Source: Lama glama
Lineage: Eukaryota
Assembly: GCA_028534125.1 (NCBI GenBank)
Contig: CM052817.1
Location: 96,474,001-96,538,000 of the forward strand
Length of the DNA stretch: 64,000 bases
Direction of reading: 5' to 3'
Shown here one piece after another: positions 11,545 through 24,869 of this stretch. A program made the translations under genes and the position numbers. The notes under the pieces were generated by a model that searched no databases, was not told where the DNA came from, and was given only the letters and a program-made list of their open reading frames with translations. Each line of letters opens with the position of its first letter. Position 1 is the first letter of the stretch.

Positions 11545-12052
11545 AAGATATGGTCTATATATGCAATGGAATATTACTCAGCCATGTAAAAGAACAAAAT
11601 AATACCATTTGCAGCAACATGGATGGACCTAGAGATTATCATGTTGAGTGAAGTAAATCAAACAGAGAAAGCCAAATATAATATGATATCCTTTATACAT
11701 GGAATCTGAAGAAAGGATACAAATGAACTTACTTACAAAACAGAAACAGACTCACAGACATAGAAAACAAACATGGTTACTAAAGGGGAAAGGGGGAGAT
11801 GGATAAATTAGGAGTTTGGGATTAGAGATACACACTACTATATATAAAATAGATAAACAACAAAGACCTACTGTAGTACAGGGAACTATATTCAATTTCT
11901 TATAATAATATATAATGGAAAAGAATCTGAAAAGAAAATATATGTATGTATGTATATATAAAACTGAATCACTTTGCTACTCACCTGAAACTAACATTAT
12001 AAATCAACTACACTTCAGTAAAAAAATTTTTTAAATTTAAAAAATTTAAAAG
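11545..12052 (+). mobile_element. L1 3' end (cetartiodactyl-type 3' UTR), 5' truncated
   Basis: 'ccatttgcagcaacatggatggacctagagatt...ggataaattaggagtttggg...aaatcaactacacttcagtaaaa'. Confidence 0.92.
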
Positions 12053-12585
12053 GAAAAGCCAAAGTCCTTACTATGGCTCCAAATCTCCCATGACCACTTG
12101 CTCCCCATTATCTCTCTGACATCATCCCATGTCCTCTCCTCCAGCCACAGTGGCCTCTGCACCCTTCCTCTAACTAGCTACCAACTTAAGCTCTAGGTGT
12201 AGGTTCTTTCCTCTGCCTAAAATACATCCCCCTGCACCCTGGCATATAATCACATGGTTAATTCTCTTGCTTCTTCCAAATCTTTTTCAGATTTTACCTT
12301 TTCTCTAGTGGGCCTCCCCACACAACTGTATCTTATATTATGGACAGCCCTCCCCAAACACATGAACTCCCTGCTGGCATTTCCAATCTCCCTTAACCTA
12401 TTCTATTTTTTTGCATGGTACTTATTTGATTGTAACCAAACTTATTTATTACGTTTTGTTATTGTCTATTTGTTGTTCAATGACAGTGTTGTTTTGCTTT
12501 TGTCTCTTGGGTTTCCTGACATATCCCAAGCGTCTGGCAGAGGGTGGGTGCTCAATGAACAATTGTTCAGTGGAGGAATGTGAGC
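12053..12585 (+). mobile_element. L2 LINE (3' continuation)
   Basis: Resumes at 'aaaagccaaagtccttactatggc' and ends 'ctggcagagggtgggtgctcaatgaac'. Confidence 0.8.
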
Positions 12586-12789
12586 AAAACAGATGTGATC
12601 TCTGCTGTCAGGAAGGTTATGGTCCACAGGAGTGGTGTCTCTTCTCTCTGGGCTTCATTTTGTGGTTGGGACCTCAATGAGCCTGGTGGGCCTGAAGGTG
12701 CCGGAGGACACCCTCAGATGAGGGAGAAAGGATGCCCTCTGCCGCTGGGTGGGAGCTGCTGGACCATAACCTGAAGAGAAAGGAGCTAT

Positions 12790-13933
12790 TCCTTTTTCCC
12801 CAGCTTTACTGATGTATATTTGACCAATAAAAGTGTAAGATACATTAAAGAGTACAACGTGATGGTTTAACATACATATACCTTGTGAAAGTCCCCTTCA
12901 CTGAATTAGTTAAGACATCCCTTACACCTCACGCTTCATACATTTGCCTTTTTTGGGAGGGTAGAGGGTGGGAGTACCCTTAAGTTCTATTCTCTTGGCA
13001 AATTTTAATTATACAATAAAGCATTATCAACAACAGTTATTATGGTACACGTTAGATCTTCAGATCTTAATTTACCTTATAACTGAAAGTCTGTACCTTT
13101 TATGAACCTCTCCCTACTCCCCTGCCCCCACTAGCTCCTGGCAATCACCATTCTATTCTCTGTTTCTGTGAGTTCAACTTTTTTTTCCCAGATTCCACGT
13201 GTAAGTGATACCATGCAATATTTGTTTTTCTCTGTCTGGCTTATTTCACTTAACGTAATACTCTCAAGGTCCACCCATGTTGTTGCAAATGACAGGATTT
13301 CCTTTTTTCCCATGGCTGAATAATATGACTATACATATATTCCATCATATTGGAATATTATATATATGATGGAAAGGTTTTGTTTTTTTTTAATGGAGGT
13401 ACTGGACCTCGTGCATGCTAAGCATATGCTCTACCACTGAGATATTTACTCCTCCAGAAAGTTTTATTCATATATATCTCTCACATTTTCATCTGTTGAC
13501 GGACACATAACGTTGTTTCCATATCTTTTGACTATTGTGAATATGCTGCAATTAACATGGGAGTACAGATGTCTCTTTGAGGTAACGATTTCATTTCCTT
13601 TGGATATATACCCAGAAAAGTGGAATGTTGTATCACATGGTAGTTCTTTTTTTAGTTTTTCGAGAAATTTCTATACTGTGTTTTTCCACAGTGGCTGCAC
13701 CAATTTACATTCCTACTAACAGTGCACAAGGGTTCCCTTTTCTCCACATCCCCCTCAACAATTTTATTTCTTGTCTTTTTGATAAGAGCCATTCTAATAG
13801 GTGTGAAGTGTTACCTCATTGTGGTTTTGATTTGCCTTTCTCCGGTGATTAGTGATGTTGAGCACCTTTTCATGTACCGGTTTAGCCACCTGTATGTCTT
13901 CTCTGGAAAAATGCCGACTCAGGTCCTTTGCCT
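12790..13933 (-). mobile_element. L1 3' portion (L1MA-type)
   Basis: Minus-strand ORF 13131-13313 'KEILSFATTWVDLESITLSEISQTEKNKYCM' is the L1 ORF2 C-terminus; 3' UTR towards 12790. Confidence 0.92.
13381..13455 (-). mobile_element. Camelid SINE (vic-1 type) nested in L1, B-box deleted
   Basis: 'atggaggtactggacctcgtgcatgctaagcatatgctctaccactgag'; approximate TSD gaaag(g)tttt at ~13372 and 13457. Confidence 0.85.
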
Positions 13934-14899
13934 GAATTCAAGAGACTCCTGTATTGTCATCTTGGTGGTGTCTCCAGGAGTTATTTCCTACAATGCAAAT
14001 CACTTAGTTTCATGTTCTTGTTTCTATTTACTTTTAAATAGCCATAAGTTGTTGATAAAATTTTATTCAAACTTCCTGCTTGCATTTAGCTGTGCTCTGA
14101 AGACTTATTGGAAGTTCTATGTCCTCATTTGAGGCCAGTCCCAACAAGGAGGCTGCACTCTGAAAGGTCAGCTTGGTTGTAGAGGGGTCGTAGGACAAGA
14201 GGACTCTCCAGGGGGCAGGGCAAGATAAGAGGGCAGCTGTCTCAGCCTCGCTCCTACGGTGGTCTCTTTCTAAGGCCACTTTTGGGAATAGATCAGATTT
14301 TCCTAATGTTGCTGGTGGGTCCCCCTATGGCCTACATGCTGCACACTATAGATAGTGATATTCACCTCCATCTGCTTTAACCCAGGACCACCATACGTCC
14401 CATAGTGTCTCTTACTCATCCCATCCCCAACCTTGTCATAACTTCCAGTTTCTGAGGGAAGGAAGGCTCAATGAATCATCAGGAGGTGTAATTAGTGCTT
14501 ATTAACCCAATGATTCTCTAATGTCGAGCTACTCAATGAGGTGAACTATCTCAGACAATCTAGGAGATATCTTCTGGGTCAAGACAGCCTTCCAGGTCCC
14601 CTAGACCAGGCCTGGTAAATAGCTAATGACTTCACCAACTCAACCAGGCCCTTTGTCCATGTGCTGTCCTCCTCAGGGGGCTCATATTTGATGCATGGTA
14701 TGACAGGGAATATTAACAGTCTGGGAATTTCTAGGGGAAAGAAAAACTAGTTAATCTAATTGTTTCCTGATGATAAGACATTTTAGTAGAAGGAGAATTA
14801 ACTGTTTAAAGTCATACCAATGCCATTTAACAAAACAATCATTTTTTTAGAGATATAATGATCCTTCTCTGTGCCTAAATAATATACTCATTTTTTTAA

Positions 14900-14990
14900 T
14901 TGTCTCATTTATATTTATAGACTCCCCAGAAGCTAGCACAATGCTTGGCCGATGTATTCAGCATTAGAGATGCTCAACAAATGTGAACAA
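14900..14990 (+). mobile_element. L2 3' end fragment
   Basis: 'ccccagaagctagcacaatgcttggc...gatgctcaacaaatgtgaa'. Confidence 0.6.
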
Positions 14991-17314
14991 CCCACATCCA
15001 GTCAGCCAACAAAGTCAGAACACAGAGCTCACGTTGTTTCCTTTCTTTCCTTACAGACCTAACTGCAGATATGTGTCACAGTTGGATCGTTAGTTCCCCA
15101 AACAAATAAATAAACCATTTTCTCCCAATTAATTAACAGGGCCCAAGGCATTGTACTACAAGGCATGGTTGAGACACATATTTCCTAGAAGCCAAATTTA
15201 ATAACTTTTGCCATTTCCCTTTAATGTCCAAATCTGAGCTTCCTTGGAAATTAATTCAGTTATGGTTTATTGCAGAACTGCACTTGGGAGAGTCTTAGAC
15301 AACAAATCCCAAACTCTTCATCCAGGTTTACATCACACCAACTTGTTGTTTCATATTGCTCTTAGCTCATCAACTTATCCCTTCCAATGCTATCTTGAAA
15401 GAAGTCGCTGACCTGACCATCAGTTCAAAGTCCTACCGAGCTAAGGCATGGAGAACATGTTCCTTCTCATTTATTTTATTTTGAAAAGTTATTTCAGCAG
15501 ACTGAATCCAAGGTCTCCATTTTTTAAAATCACTTTTGTGCCATGGACCTCTTCAATGGTGAAACCAATGGATAAATGCATAGAATTACAAAGGAAATCT
15601 ACTATTACTATTGTGACTTTCCATGTGTCGATACAGAACTTATCATTTCCTGAAATTCAGATCTGTGATGGAGGTCTTAATTATTCATAGTATTAACTGC
15701 TTTAGAATATCATCTCTAAAATACCTAGATTGACTTGGAATTTAATACAGAATGAGTAATTTAGCAATTTAAATTACAGTCTATAACAAAGCTATGAAAA
15801 TATTTACATCTAAATAAATAAGCTTAGCAATCTCAATGTTAGCCTCTCCTCGCTGACCACCTTTGTACTGTAGCTAGTTTGCTGACTCTCCCGATCAATG
15901 TGATTTAGACTCTTAAACTTTTCCAAGTCCCTCCCGAATCAAATTCATGTTAATTCACTGAGAAGTTCTTGAGAATTTCTAGATAGAGTTGAAATAAGAT
16001 GTTCTGGTACCTGTAGAGAAGGCTTTCGTCCATCACCTGAAATTTTATATAACTCGCCCCTCCTGCATAAATACATGGGATGTATCAGGGGATAAATGAA
16101 TGGTCTTTTTACTCTTCTCATCCCAACCAGGTATAACCAGTGAAAGCTCCTCCTTGGTCTTGCTCTCTCAGAGGATGAACATGCCACTCTCTGTAACCTC
16201 ACGTAGTGTGCACCTAGAGATTGCTCTAAAGACTTCTCACCTCTCTACAAATTACTGAAGTTTTGGAGACACTATCAGAGTTGCAGTTGATCACTGAGAA
16301 GAAAGATGAACTTGCTAGCTAATAATAGTAATAATTAAGAATAAATATTATTTATAACCTACTTATAATAAAAATTGTCATTATTATAGCTATCATTATT
16401 GAGTTCATTTGTTGACTAGTCATAAATTTATATTTTACTTGTAGAACATGTCTTAATTTCAAATTTTATTGAAAGGTAGTATGTATGGTTCATATACAGG
16501 CATTTGTGCACACATATGCTATAGAGTCTATTCAATAAATATCTATTAAAGTGCCTACTCTGAATCACACACCATTTAAAGTAAAATTATGCTGCTATGT
16601 TCCAGCCCAACTAAGCTTCTGACACCTTCCAGCTCTAATTCTATTCAAGTGTAAAATTTCCAGCAACAAATAGCCTCTATTTTCAACTTCCTTTCAATAG
16701 GTTGCAGTGACACTTTCAAAACTCAAGCACCAAAATCTCACTTTTGGGAAATATTAAAAGGTATGGAAAATACCAGCCCAAAGGCAAAATCATTCAGCAA
16801 TTTAAGTGAAAGCAGAAACTTGCTAAGAAAACTCATCTTTTACCTGAGCTCTAGTTTTCCTTCTGAAGAGAAGAGTATGTGTGGCTACCTTTTAGGGAGG
16901 CCATTTCCATTTTGTTTTACAAATAAAAGATGTGCTAAGTAAGCCTGGCAGTCAAGGATTTTACCAAAAAGGATATGATGAGGCCCTTCCCAATGAGCTT
17001 TTTATTTGGTTGGTATCGCAGTTTTTAAATGTGAGAAATACAAAATACCCAAGTGAATGCATAACTTTCAAGGCCATTTCATGGTTTCTTTGAGCAGAAA
17101 TAAAGCTAGACAACGCCCCAAATATATGCACTAACAAGGTGGACCTTTGCAGAGTAAAGACAAGTCTTTTCCAATCAAACCAAAGCCAGGATCTCACCTT
17201 CTGGAAAGACAACTGAATCAAGCTTGTTGGTTGGAATTACTTAAAATTATTTTAGAAAACATCAAAAAATAAATTACATTCTCCTTCTTGCATGTATTTT
17301 TTCCAGTTCCTTTT

Positions 17315-17475
17315 TAAAAATTTATTTGTTTTTGTTGGGGGGGAGGTAATTAGGTTTATTTATTTTATTATTATTATTATTATTATTTTTATTTTTAATG
17401 AAGGGATTGGGGATCCAACCCAGGACCTTGTGCATGCTAGACATGTGCTCTACCATTGAGCTATACCCTCCCCCC
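17315..17475 (-). mobile_element. Camelid SINE (vic-1 type), full length, with internal (ATT)n
   Basis: Reverse strand reads GGGGAGGGTATAGCTCAATGGTAGAGCACATG...GTCCTGGGTTGGATCCCC...AATAAACCTAATTACCTCCCCC; TSD atttt(g)ttccagttcctttt at 17296-17314 and 17476-17495. Confidence 0.93.
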
Positions 17476-18119
17476 ATTTTGTTCCAGTTCCTTTTAAAAA
17501 CAAAATGTTCATTCAAGGCCATGACAGTGAAAATAGAAATGGTTTGGGCAAAAACTTAGGTTTCTAGCCTGCAGGCAAAAGAGAAAATTGTTGTTAAATT
17601 GGAGTGGACCAGAAAACGGATGATAAAACTTGTCTATTAAACTTCTGCTAATAACAAACATTTGTCCCATGGCACGTATGGTAAGCAATAACACATGACA
17701 GGGGAGGGACGTGTCATTGTCCTGAGCAGCGGGTTTTCGTGCCTGTAGGCCAAGCTCACCTCACCCTTCAGTCGTGGCTTCCTACAAAACTGCTAGGGTT
17801 AAAAAAAATACTCTCTTCAAAGTAGGAAATACTTGAGAAGACAATTCTCTGGTGTTTTGGTCTCAGCTGGTCTTCCTTTAAAGTTTTAGAGGCAGCTTGG
17901 GGGCTGTGTTACTTGTAATGATCAAGCACAAATTTCAGGTTCTATTTTCTGCTTCACCAGCATTTACTGTCTCCCAAGAGTTATGCCGTTTATTCATTTT
18001 GCCTCCATTTCTCTTTCACTCAGTGGTCAGGAAAGATAGGAAGCAATTTTGGACAAGGTGATAGTTGGTAGGTGAAGACACCAATGAGTCAATGGCTAGC
18101 ATGGACAACACATTCTTCC

Positions 18120-18590
18120 TGTTGCCAACCGAAAATCATCACTTGTCATCTGTTTCTACAAGGATGAAGCCATTAGCCACTGCAGTCACTGACCTGCAAC
18201 ACACCCTGAAAAGACTCTGGGGGGAAGATCAGGAATGAGGTGCTCTGTACTCTGGGAAAAACTGGCAGAACAGGCCTTCAGAGAGTTAGATATTTTCAGG
18301 AGATTTTATGACACCAATTTCTGGCATCTTCCCTTATCTAGAAAAGCACTAAAATCATTAATGGAGATCCTCGTGACTAGTAACAACCCTCTGCCATAAC
18401 ATGTGCTTGATTGCACGTATCCCCCTGCACCAAAATCGAATATATTCTGACCTGCCCACTACCTCTCCGGAGCAGTACTTCAGTGCTATCTGAGAGGCTG
18501 TCTCCCAGGCTATAGTCCTCATTTGTCCTCAAGTAAACTTTAACTCACAACTCTCATGTGGTGGGTTATTTTTTTTTTAATCAGTCAACA
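18120..18590 (+). mobile_element. ERV1 solo LTR (MER41-like group)
   Basis: TGTTG...CAACA termini; U5-like 'ctatctgagaggctgtctcccaggctatagtcctc...taaactttaactcacaactctc'. Confidence 0.75.
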
Positions 18591-20459
18591 CTCTTTTCTG
18601 GGTTTGTTTGACCGTATTTTATTGAATCTAAGACATCACTGATTGACAGATTCACCATTTTATGCACCAATCCGGAAAAGAATCTATACTTTCAGTCGAT
18701 CTATGATACAACACCTTAATGACAGTACTACTTGAAGCCTAGGTGGGCTAAGGAGCCTTTGCCCAGAAATTTCTTTCATCTCTTCCAAAATATTTGGTGT
18801 TTTCTCTTGCCTCCTATTGCACTGCTTGGCCTGTACCAGGAATCCTTTTGCACTTATCTTAGTAATAAAGTGTTACAAAGCCTCCCAGACCTGTAGCATT
18901 TTCCCTTCTGAGTCCCCTAAAGCACTTGGTTGCTCCTTCCAAGAAAAGGAGGAATTGCAGTCATCTCTCCTACAAAGAACATTTGCTTCAGCTAGGATCC
19001 AATCCATGGCCAGCTGCTGTCTTTCTGAACAGTCACTTTCCACATCAAGGCTGCATAAGAGGCTTCTTGGAGAAGACATTTGAAATAATAACTCCACTCT
19101 ACATGCACCTTCCCAAAATTGCAAGTAATCTCACCCAACATAACAACAACAAGAACAGTTATGACAGTTTACAGGCAGTGGCCATGCCACCACAACTACT
19201 GCCTGCCTGACAGTGATTCTCCAATGTCTTTCAATTTCAAAGATGGTAAAACATGGGGGAAAATGTGCACCTTAGAATTAGCAGAACGCAGTATTATCTG
19301 TTCACACGCTGTCCAGGGGAAACAGACTCAAATGCCCACAGAGGCAACTAAATCATGTACATTAGTCCAGCTCTACATAAAAAACACGTGCTCTCTATGT
19401 CACATATTTCCTGTCTCACTTTTCATAGAGATGTGGATACAGAGGAATATTGGACACCAGAAGGAAAGCACCAGGCTACACACTGGGAATCATAGAAAAC
19501 TGAAGAGGGCACATCCCATCTAAAGGGGGCAGGTGCTCCACGGCTCAGATTCAACATTACCTTGTCAGCAATCCTTAAGACTCTGGACATGGTCTTGCCC
19601 AATCTTCCGATTTTTTTTTTCCCAAATGACACAGAGAAAGTGGATTTCTTTGTGAAATCTCATAATTTTCCAGTTTTGACAACTAATTCAAAAATTTCAA
19701 AACATCCTGCATGCCACACAAAGCAAATCCGCGTGCCACATTTGGTTCATAGCTCACCAATTTGTGGTCTGTGCAAGATACATCTAACACGGATCAGCTA
19801 CGTTGTAAACACGGCCATTTGTCCTGTGGGTAGATTTAATCAAAAAGGTTTGGTATGAATGAAAAGTAGCAGCTATGCCTGTGAGGCATCAGGGCATGTA
19901 GAAATGCTGAACCAGAAGGTCTTTTCATTTTGAATATTTTTCTTCTAATTGTTTATGTGTGATAGAACCAACTCACTAGAAGAATTTCCAGGTTTGGAAC
20001 TGGGAACAAGCAGGATTGTAAACATCATTTTTTTCTGCCCCATGTATTTCTTTAAGAATGAGAATTCGTGCTCTGGGACCCGGCCTTGCTTGCTGCTCCT
20101 TGAACCACAGTGCCCTGTCAAAGGGGCGGATGTGCTGTTGGGAGCCTCCCCGCTCTCTTGGGGCTGTGGGAGGAGGGAGGACAGATGCTGGGACCCAGAG
20201 GAACCGGAAGTGGAGGGTGTGGCTGACCACCACGGAATGCCTTCTCATTGTCTCTGCATCCCAGCCTAGAAAAGAAAGCTTTTTCTGCCTTTCCTCTGGA
20301 AAAAGGGAGATGGAAGAATTAAGAGAAGAGACTCTCACTGTGGCTCAGCCCTATGCATTCATCTCTGGTTTACAGGCTTGGAGTCAGCCAGAATGCTGGG
20401 TCCTGAATACACCTGCTTTCATAATAGAATTCAAGGAAATGGAGCCTCCATGCCTTCTT

Positions 20460-20557
20460 TTCTTTCTTTTTTTCTTTCTTTCTTTCTTTTTTTTTAAATT
20501 TAGGTACAGTCAGTTACAATGTGTCCATTTCTGGTGCACCGCACGATGTCCCAGTCA
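20460..20557 (-). mobile_element. Severely 5'-truncated L1 (about 60 bp of 3' end plus poly(A)-derived tail)
   Basis: T-rich tail plus 'gtacagtcagttacaatgtgtccatttctggtgca'; TSD ctccatgccttctt (20446-20459) / cttcatgctttctt (20558-20571). Confidence 0.8.
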
Positions 20558-21499
20558 CTTCATGCTTTCTTGATTGTCTAGGACTCAATTTTCCCATTTG
20601 TAAAATGGGCAGACAGATGAAACAAGTATTTTTCAATCTGTGTTCTGAGAAACTTTAAGGACTCAGATACTGTGCTTAAGGGTCTGGCTTTATACAATTT
20701 GCATTTGGTATTAAGGTAAGGCTTCCATTTGATAAGGAAAAATGACATCTATAAAGAAGGCTGGAGAAACATTGGCTAAGTGATGTAACAGATCTGCGCG
20801 GAGGCCTCTCCAGCTCAGATACTTCGATTCTAACACTTCCCCAACTTGCATATACATTTCAGTATTGTTCTCACAAAGTAAAATGCAGAGACATTTTCAG
20901 ATTCATTAGTAACTCCAGCTTTTACCTGAATTATATGAACCAACACGAGCATTCTGGTAAGGCTAAGGATGCAAAGGTAAAAACAGCTTTGATTCTTCTC
21001 TTTGAATTGCGGCTTTCCTCATTTAGATTTTGCAAGGGATGACAGCAAAGAGTATGAGTCTGCAAAAAGTAGCTCACACTAGGGAAAAAGGAGACCTGTG
21101 TCTATCCACTGTCGAACATGCATTCTCTGATGGAGTTTGTACACACAAGTACAGAGGAGAACTGGGAACATTTTTCAGCATAGAAAATCTCCAGACCATT
21201 TTCCTCGGGAAATGCAGGAAATTGAGGTTAAAATAAACTCTATTCTGCAGACCAAGCATAAATGTAACTACTCTTTAAACACAGACAATAATTTCCCTCC
21301 CTTCTCTGCCTGTGCCTGGAACGTCCTCCAGCCCCGTCTTCCCCACCTCTCTAAATCCACGTCATACACAGGCTGAGCAGTGATTTCATTTCCAATCTCA
21401 GTGTTTTCTTACTCATCTCAATCCCCGTAGCATCTGCTATCTTTTATAGTTACCTTCTATAAATGGCTAGTTTTGTGAATCCCAGTTAGACACGCCTAT

Positions 21500-21640
21500 G
21501 TGTAATTTACCCACACACTCCCGACATGAGGGGCCACTGTCTCTCGTCTGTATCCCCATGGTGTCTTGGCACATGGTAAGCAGGTAATCAATACATCCAT
21601 TGAAGGATTAAATACACTGATGAATAACTGAATGCTTCTG
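21500..21640 (+). mobile_element. L2 3' end
   Basis: 'tctgtatccccatggtgtcttggcacatggtaagcagg...tgaataactgaatg'. Confidence 0.65.
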
Positions 21641-24600
21641 CATTCAGGAGCAAGAACACTACTACTCTATGAGGAATGATAATATGGGTTCAAAAGCACT
21701 TTGGGAAAAAAATGGAAACAGCCTAATTGTTCACATAGGAGTATGAAGCTAGATTGTATCGTGAAAACAACGCTGATAACGCTGCAGTGAGTGAAGGAAA
21801 GAAGATGTAAAGAAAAAGAGGAAAAGAGAAGAAGAGATTCCACAGTCATGTTTAGGATGACTGGATTCAGAGGTGTCTTTTTCTCTACTTTTCAAAAGGT
21901 TGATAATGAAGCTTATATTACTTTTATAATGAAAAATAATAAGAAACATGCTTTGAGTTTCTATGGCAGAGAACTGTAAGTGGGATTTTGTTATAACATG
22001 AATGGGAGGTCCACATAATTGCCATTTTTTAGAAGAAATTTTATAACAACTGTTCCTTTTTGCTACTGGTTCACAGACTAGAAGTTGATAGGCCCTCCTG
22101 CAGCTTTCATCACGGACCTTCCTTTCAATAAAGTCCATTCCAGTGAGAATAGTGCTGTTGCAACACGTTTGTCTCTCACTACCAAAGGAAGCTTCATAAG
22201 CAAACTGAACCAATTTGTTTCCTAGTGTGTGTTTATCCCCATTAAGAGCTCAGAGAGTCAAAAAATATGGTAATTATCTTAGAGGTCTCCAAATGCTTTC
22301 ATGTTTGAAGCCATGGGCTGAATTTAGGTCCTAGAAGATCCAGTCTAGTAAAAGCAACAATGTCTACTAGTAATCTGAGGAAAAGCCCAGAACATTTTGT
22401 CCTCTGGCAAATGACTGACCTTGATCAGGACGACAAGCCACTAGACAGGGTTTCTGGGGATGGAGGGTATGTCTGCTCCCAACTGAGCTGTAAAGCTGTG
22501 CAGGTATATGTGTGCATGTGTATTTTTTCTTTATGAGAGTATACTATTTCCAAGACAGCAAAGGAAGGATTAGGTACTTCAAAAGACTTGACTAAAGGAA
22601 TGTATCTAAAATAACATATTCTACCTCCATATTTCTATAGATCAAAACACAGGTACATAGAAATAATTCCAAACTCTTGCTCTTACCTCACTTCTGTTAC
22701 TGCATACGTCACACCAAAAAAATTCCCAACTATCAGTATAAAATTCCAATTTAATCTCTCTCACGGCTCTTTGCTCTGAAACACAGTTCCAAGCTTAGAT
22801 ATATTCACTATTATGTGGTGTTCCTGAAAATGGTTCTAACTTCCTAATTTAAAGAACAGACTTTCCCAAACCCTTCCCCTTTCTCCCACTTTTTCCTACA
22901 AGGATGCAGATGTGAGAGTCAGAGTCACAGCCACGATACTGCAAGTATGAGGAAGCCGAAAGATAAGCAGCTATCTTGGATCTAAAATTGTTAAGTTGCT
23001 GAAATAAAACAAGAAATAGTCTACTTTCAATTTCTTATTATTTATTTAAGTCAATGTGGTTGAATTTTTCTGCAGGTAACAGCATTGTTATCTCTTATAA
23101 CCCACTTATTGCCAACTTCTGTTACTGTGGTTTATTTCTGCATTTGTTCCTCTCTTTATCAGATTCTCTCTCCATTATTCTTAGACTCACATGTGAAAAT
23201 GTGCCCATTTTGCAGATATATCTATGGTATATATTCTATTAATAAACTATAAATATAAATTAGTATTTACTAATATGTGCCTCAGAACATATGCTTGATG
23301 ATATATTTCACAAAAAGATACAGGATGGGGGCAGAGAATAGGGAAATTTTGTGATTGAATGTATTTGGAAAACATTGGATGGTCTACTCGGCTAGAACTT
23401 TGCAATACACATAAAACAACTGCAGGCTTTGAAAAGAAAAATAAATATAACAGAGAAATTGAACTGACATTCAAAAACTTTCCAATCTTAGTGACCACTG
23501 AATTGATTTTTCAAGCAATCTCTTTATTTACTGTCCATCTCTCAGAATTAGGGTTCTGGAGGCCATATGTGGGAAACACTACATTCATTCAAAATATTTT
23601 CATAATTTTAATATTAATATTTTTATTTAAATAATTATTGGCTTACATTTTCTTATTTGCACATGACAGTTATGTTCTGACAAATTTTAGAGAAACTCCC
23701 AGGGAATTCAAATCAACATATATGTCAACACATGCCAAAGAAAGGCATGTAGTAATGAAATTTGGGATTACTTCTAGCTAGTTACAAATTCCCTATTTTC
23801 TTCAGCTGTAAGATTCAACCTCTGATCCTGGCAGGGAGGGTTACCTGGTGCATTTCTGGATGGAGCCAACTCTTTCCAGACTAAATGCTTGAGACATGAT
23901 ACCTTGGTTATTCTTTGCAGCTACTCTGTGTAAGGACAACTGCTGTGATTCTGTGAGGCAAACAATTCTTGCTAATTTATGACGTATTCGGATGGTTGTG
24001 TTTTCTTAAGGTCCGACTTTACCTTTAATGGCAAACTTGCTTTCCCTTTAGGGATAGGTTATTCCCTCAGCAGAGGCATCTGATGTACCTCTAAGGCATC
24101 AGAGGTTGTAATCACCACCCCCAGGATCCCTTTCCAAATTACTTACTCTGTGCCCTGAGCCCAACCGTAGCTATGGGGGGGGGGTGTTTTTCTTTCCTTC
24201 TGCTCTCTTCACATTCTTTCAACTTCTGAGCCAGAATAATTTAAGCACTAGGGTCTTGTCGGGTTTTGCAACCACGAACAGCCTTGCAAAGTCTAGGCGT
24301 TTTGCCAGAAATCTAAACTTTGCTGAACTATGTGGAAAGGTTAAACATTTCACAGAGTTTGGGTTGCCCCACCCCCACTGCACTCCCAGACTCTGCCTCG
24401 TTCTTAAATGTCTATTTTATCAAGAAATGGAATAACTAATAATGTGCTGGATAGAACATTTTCAGCCATCACACTGTAACCATAGTAGTGCTAAAAACCC
24501 CAAACAAATGTTCATCACACGTCTCTCCTTAATCCAAAAGAGCTGAGGACAAAGAGTCAATTTAGTCTGTTTCAAGATGAAATGCTAAAAGCTTCCCATA

Positions 24601-24869
24601 CAATATATCTTTTTAAAATGAAGCTCTTATTAATTGCTTGTAATAATGTCCATGTTGAAAAAGCTTTCCTAAGGTTTTCATCAACGAATAAAAATAAATC
24701 ACACAACCTCCCCAGTCTGGAAGAAAATAGAAAATACTGTCCCCTGGCCCCCTCGTTTTGAAAGCCTCCCTGTGGTGATTTCCTGGAACACCAGATGCCT
24801 GTTTACTCTTGAGAAGGATGCTTCTGAGGTTCTCAAGCCCACACAACACGGATATTGAAGGGGAAGGAA

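Noticed and set aside
16844..21078. Minus-strand exon-like segments (~16844-16888, ~17198-17238, ~17760, ~20923-21078)
   Set aside because: Donors are plausible but acceptors are mostly weak, the largest has stops in all frames, and no recognisable protein results; consistent with pseudo-exons.
21749..22213. 154-aa minus-strand ORF
   Set aside because: Non-ATG start, no recognisable homology, low-complexity C-terminus and no convincing exon context.
23846..23955. Minus-strand peptide 'RVAAKNNQG' resembling an FN3 strand
   Set aside because: Lacks the conserved upstream Tyr/Trp pattern of FN3 and has no neighbouring exons.
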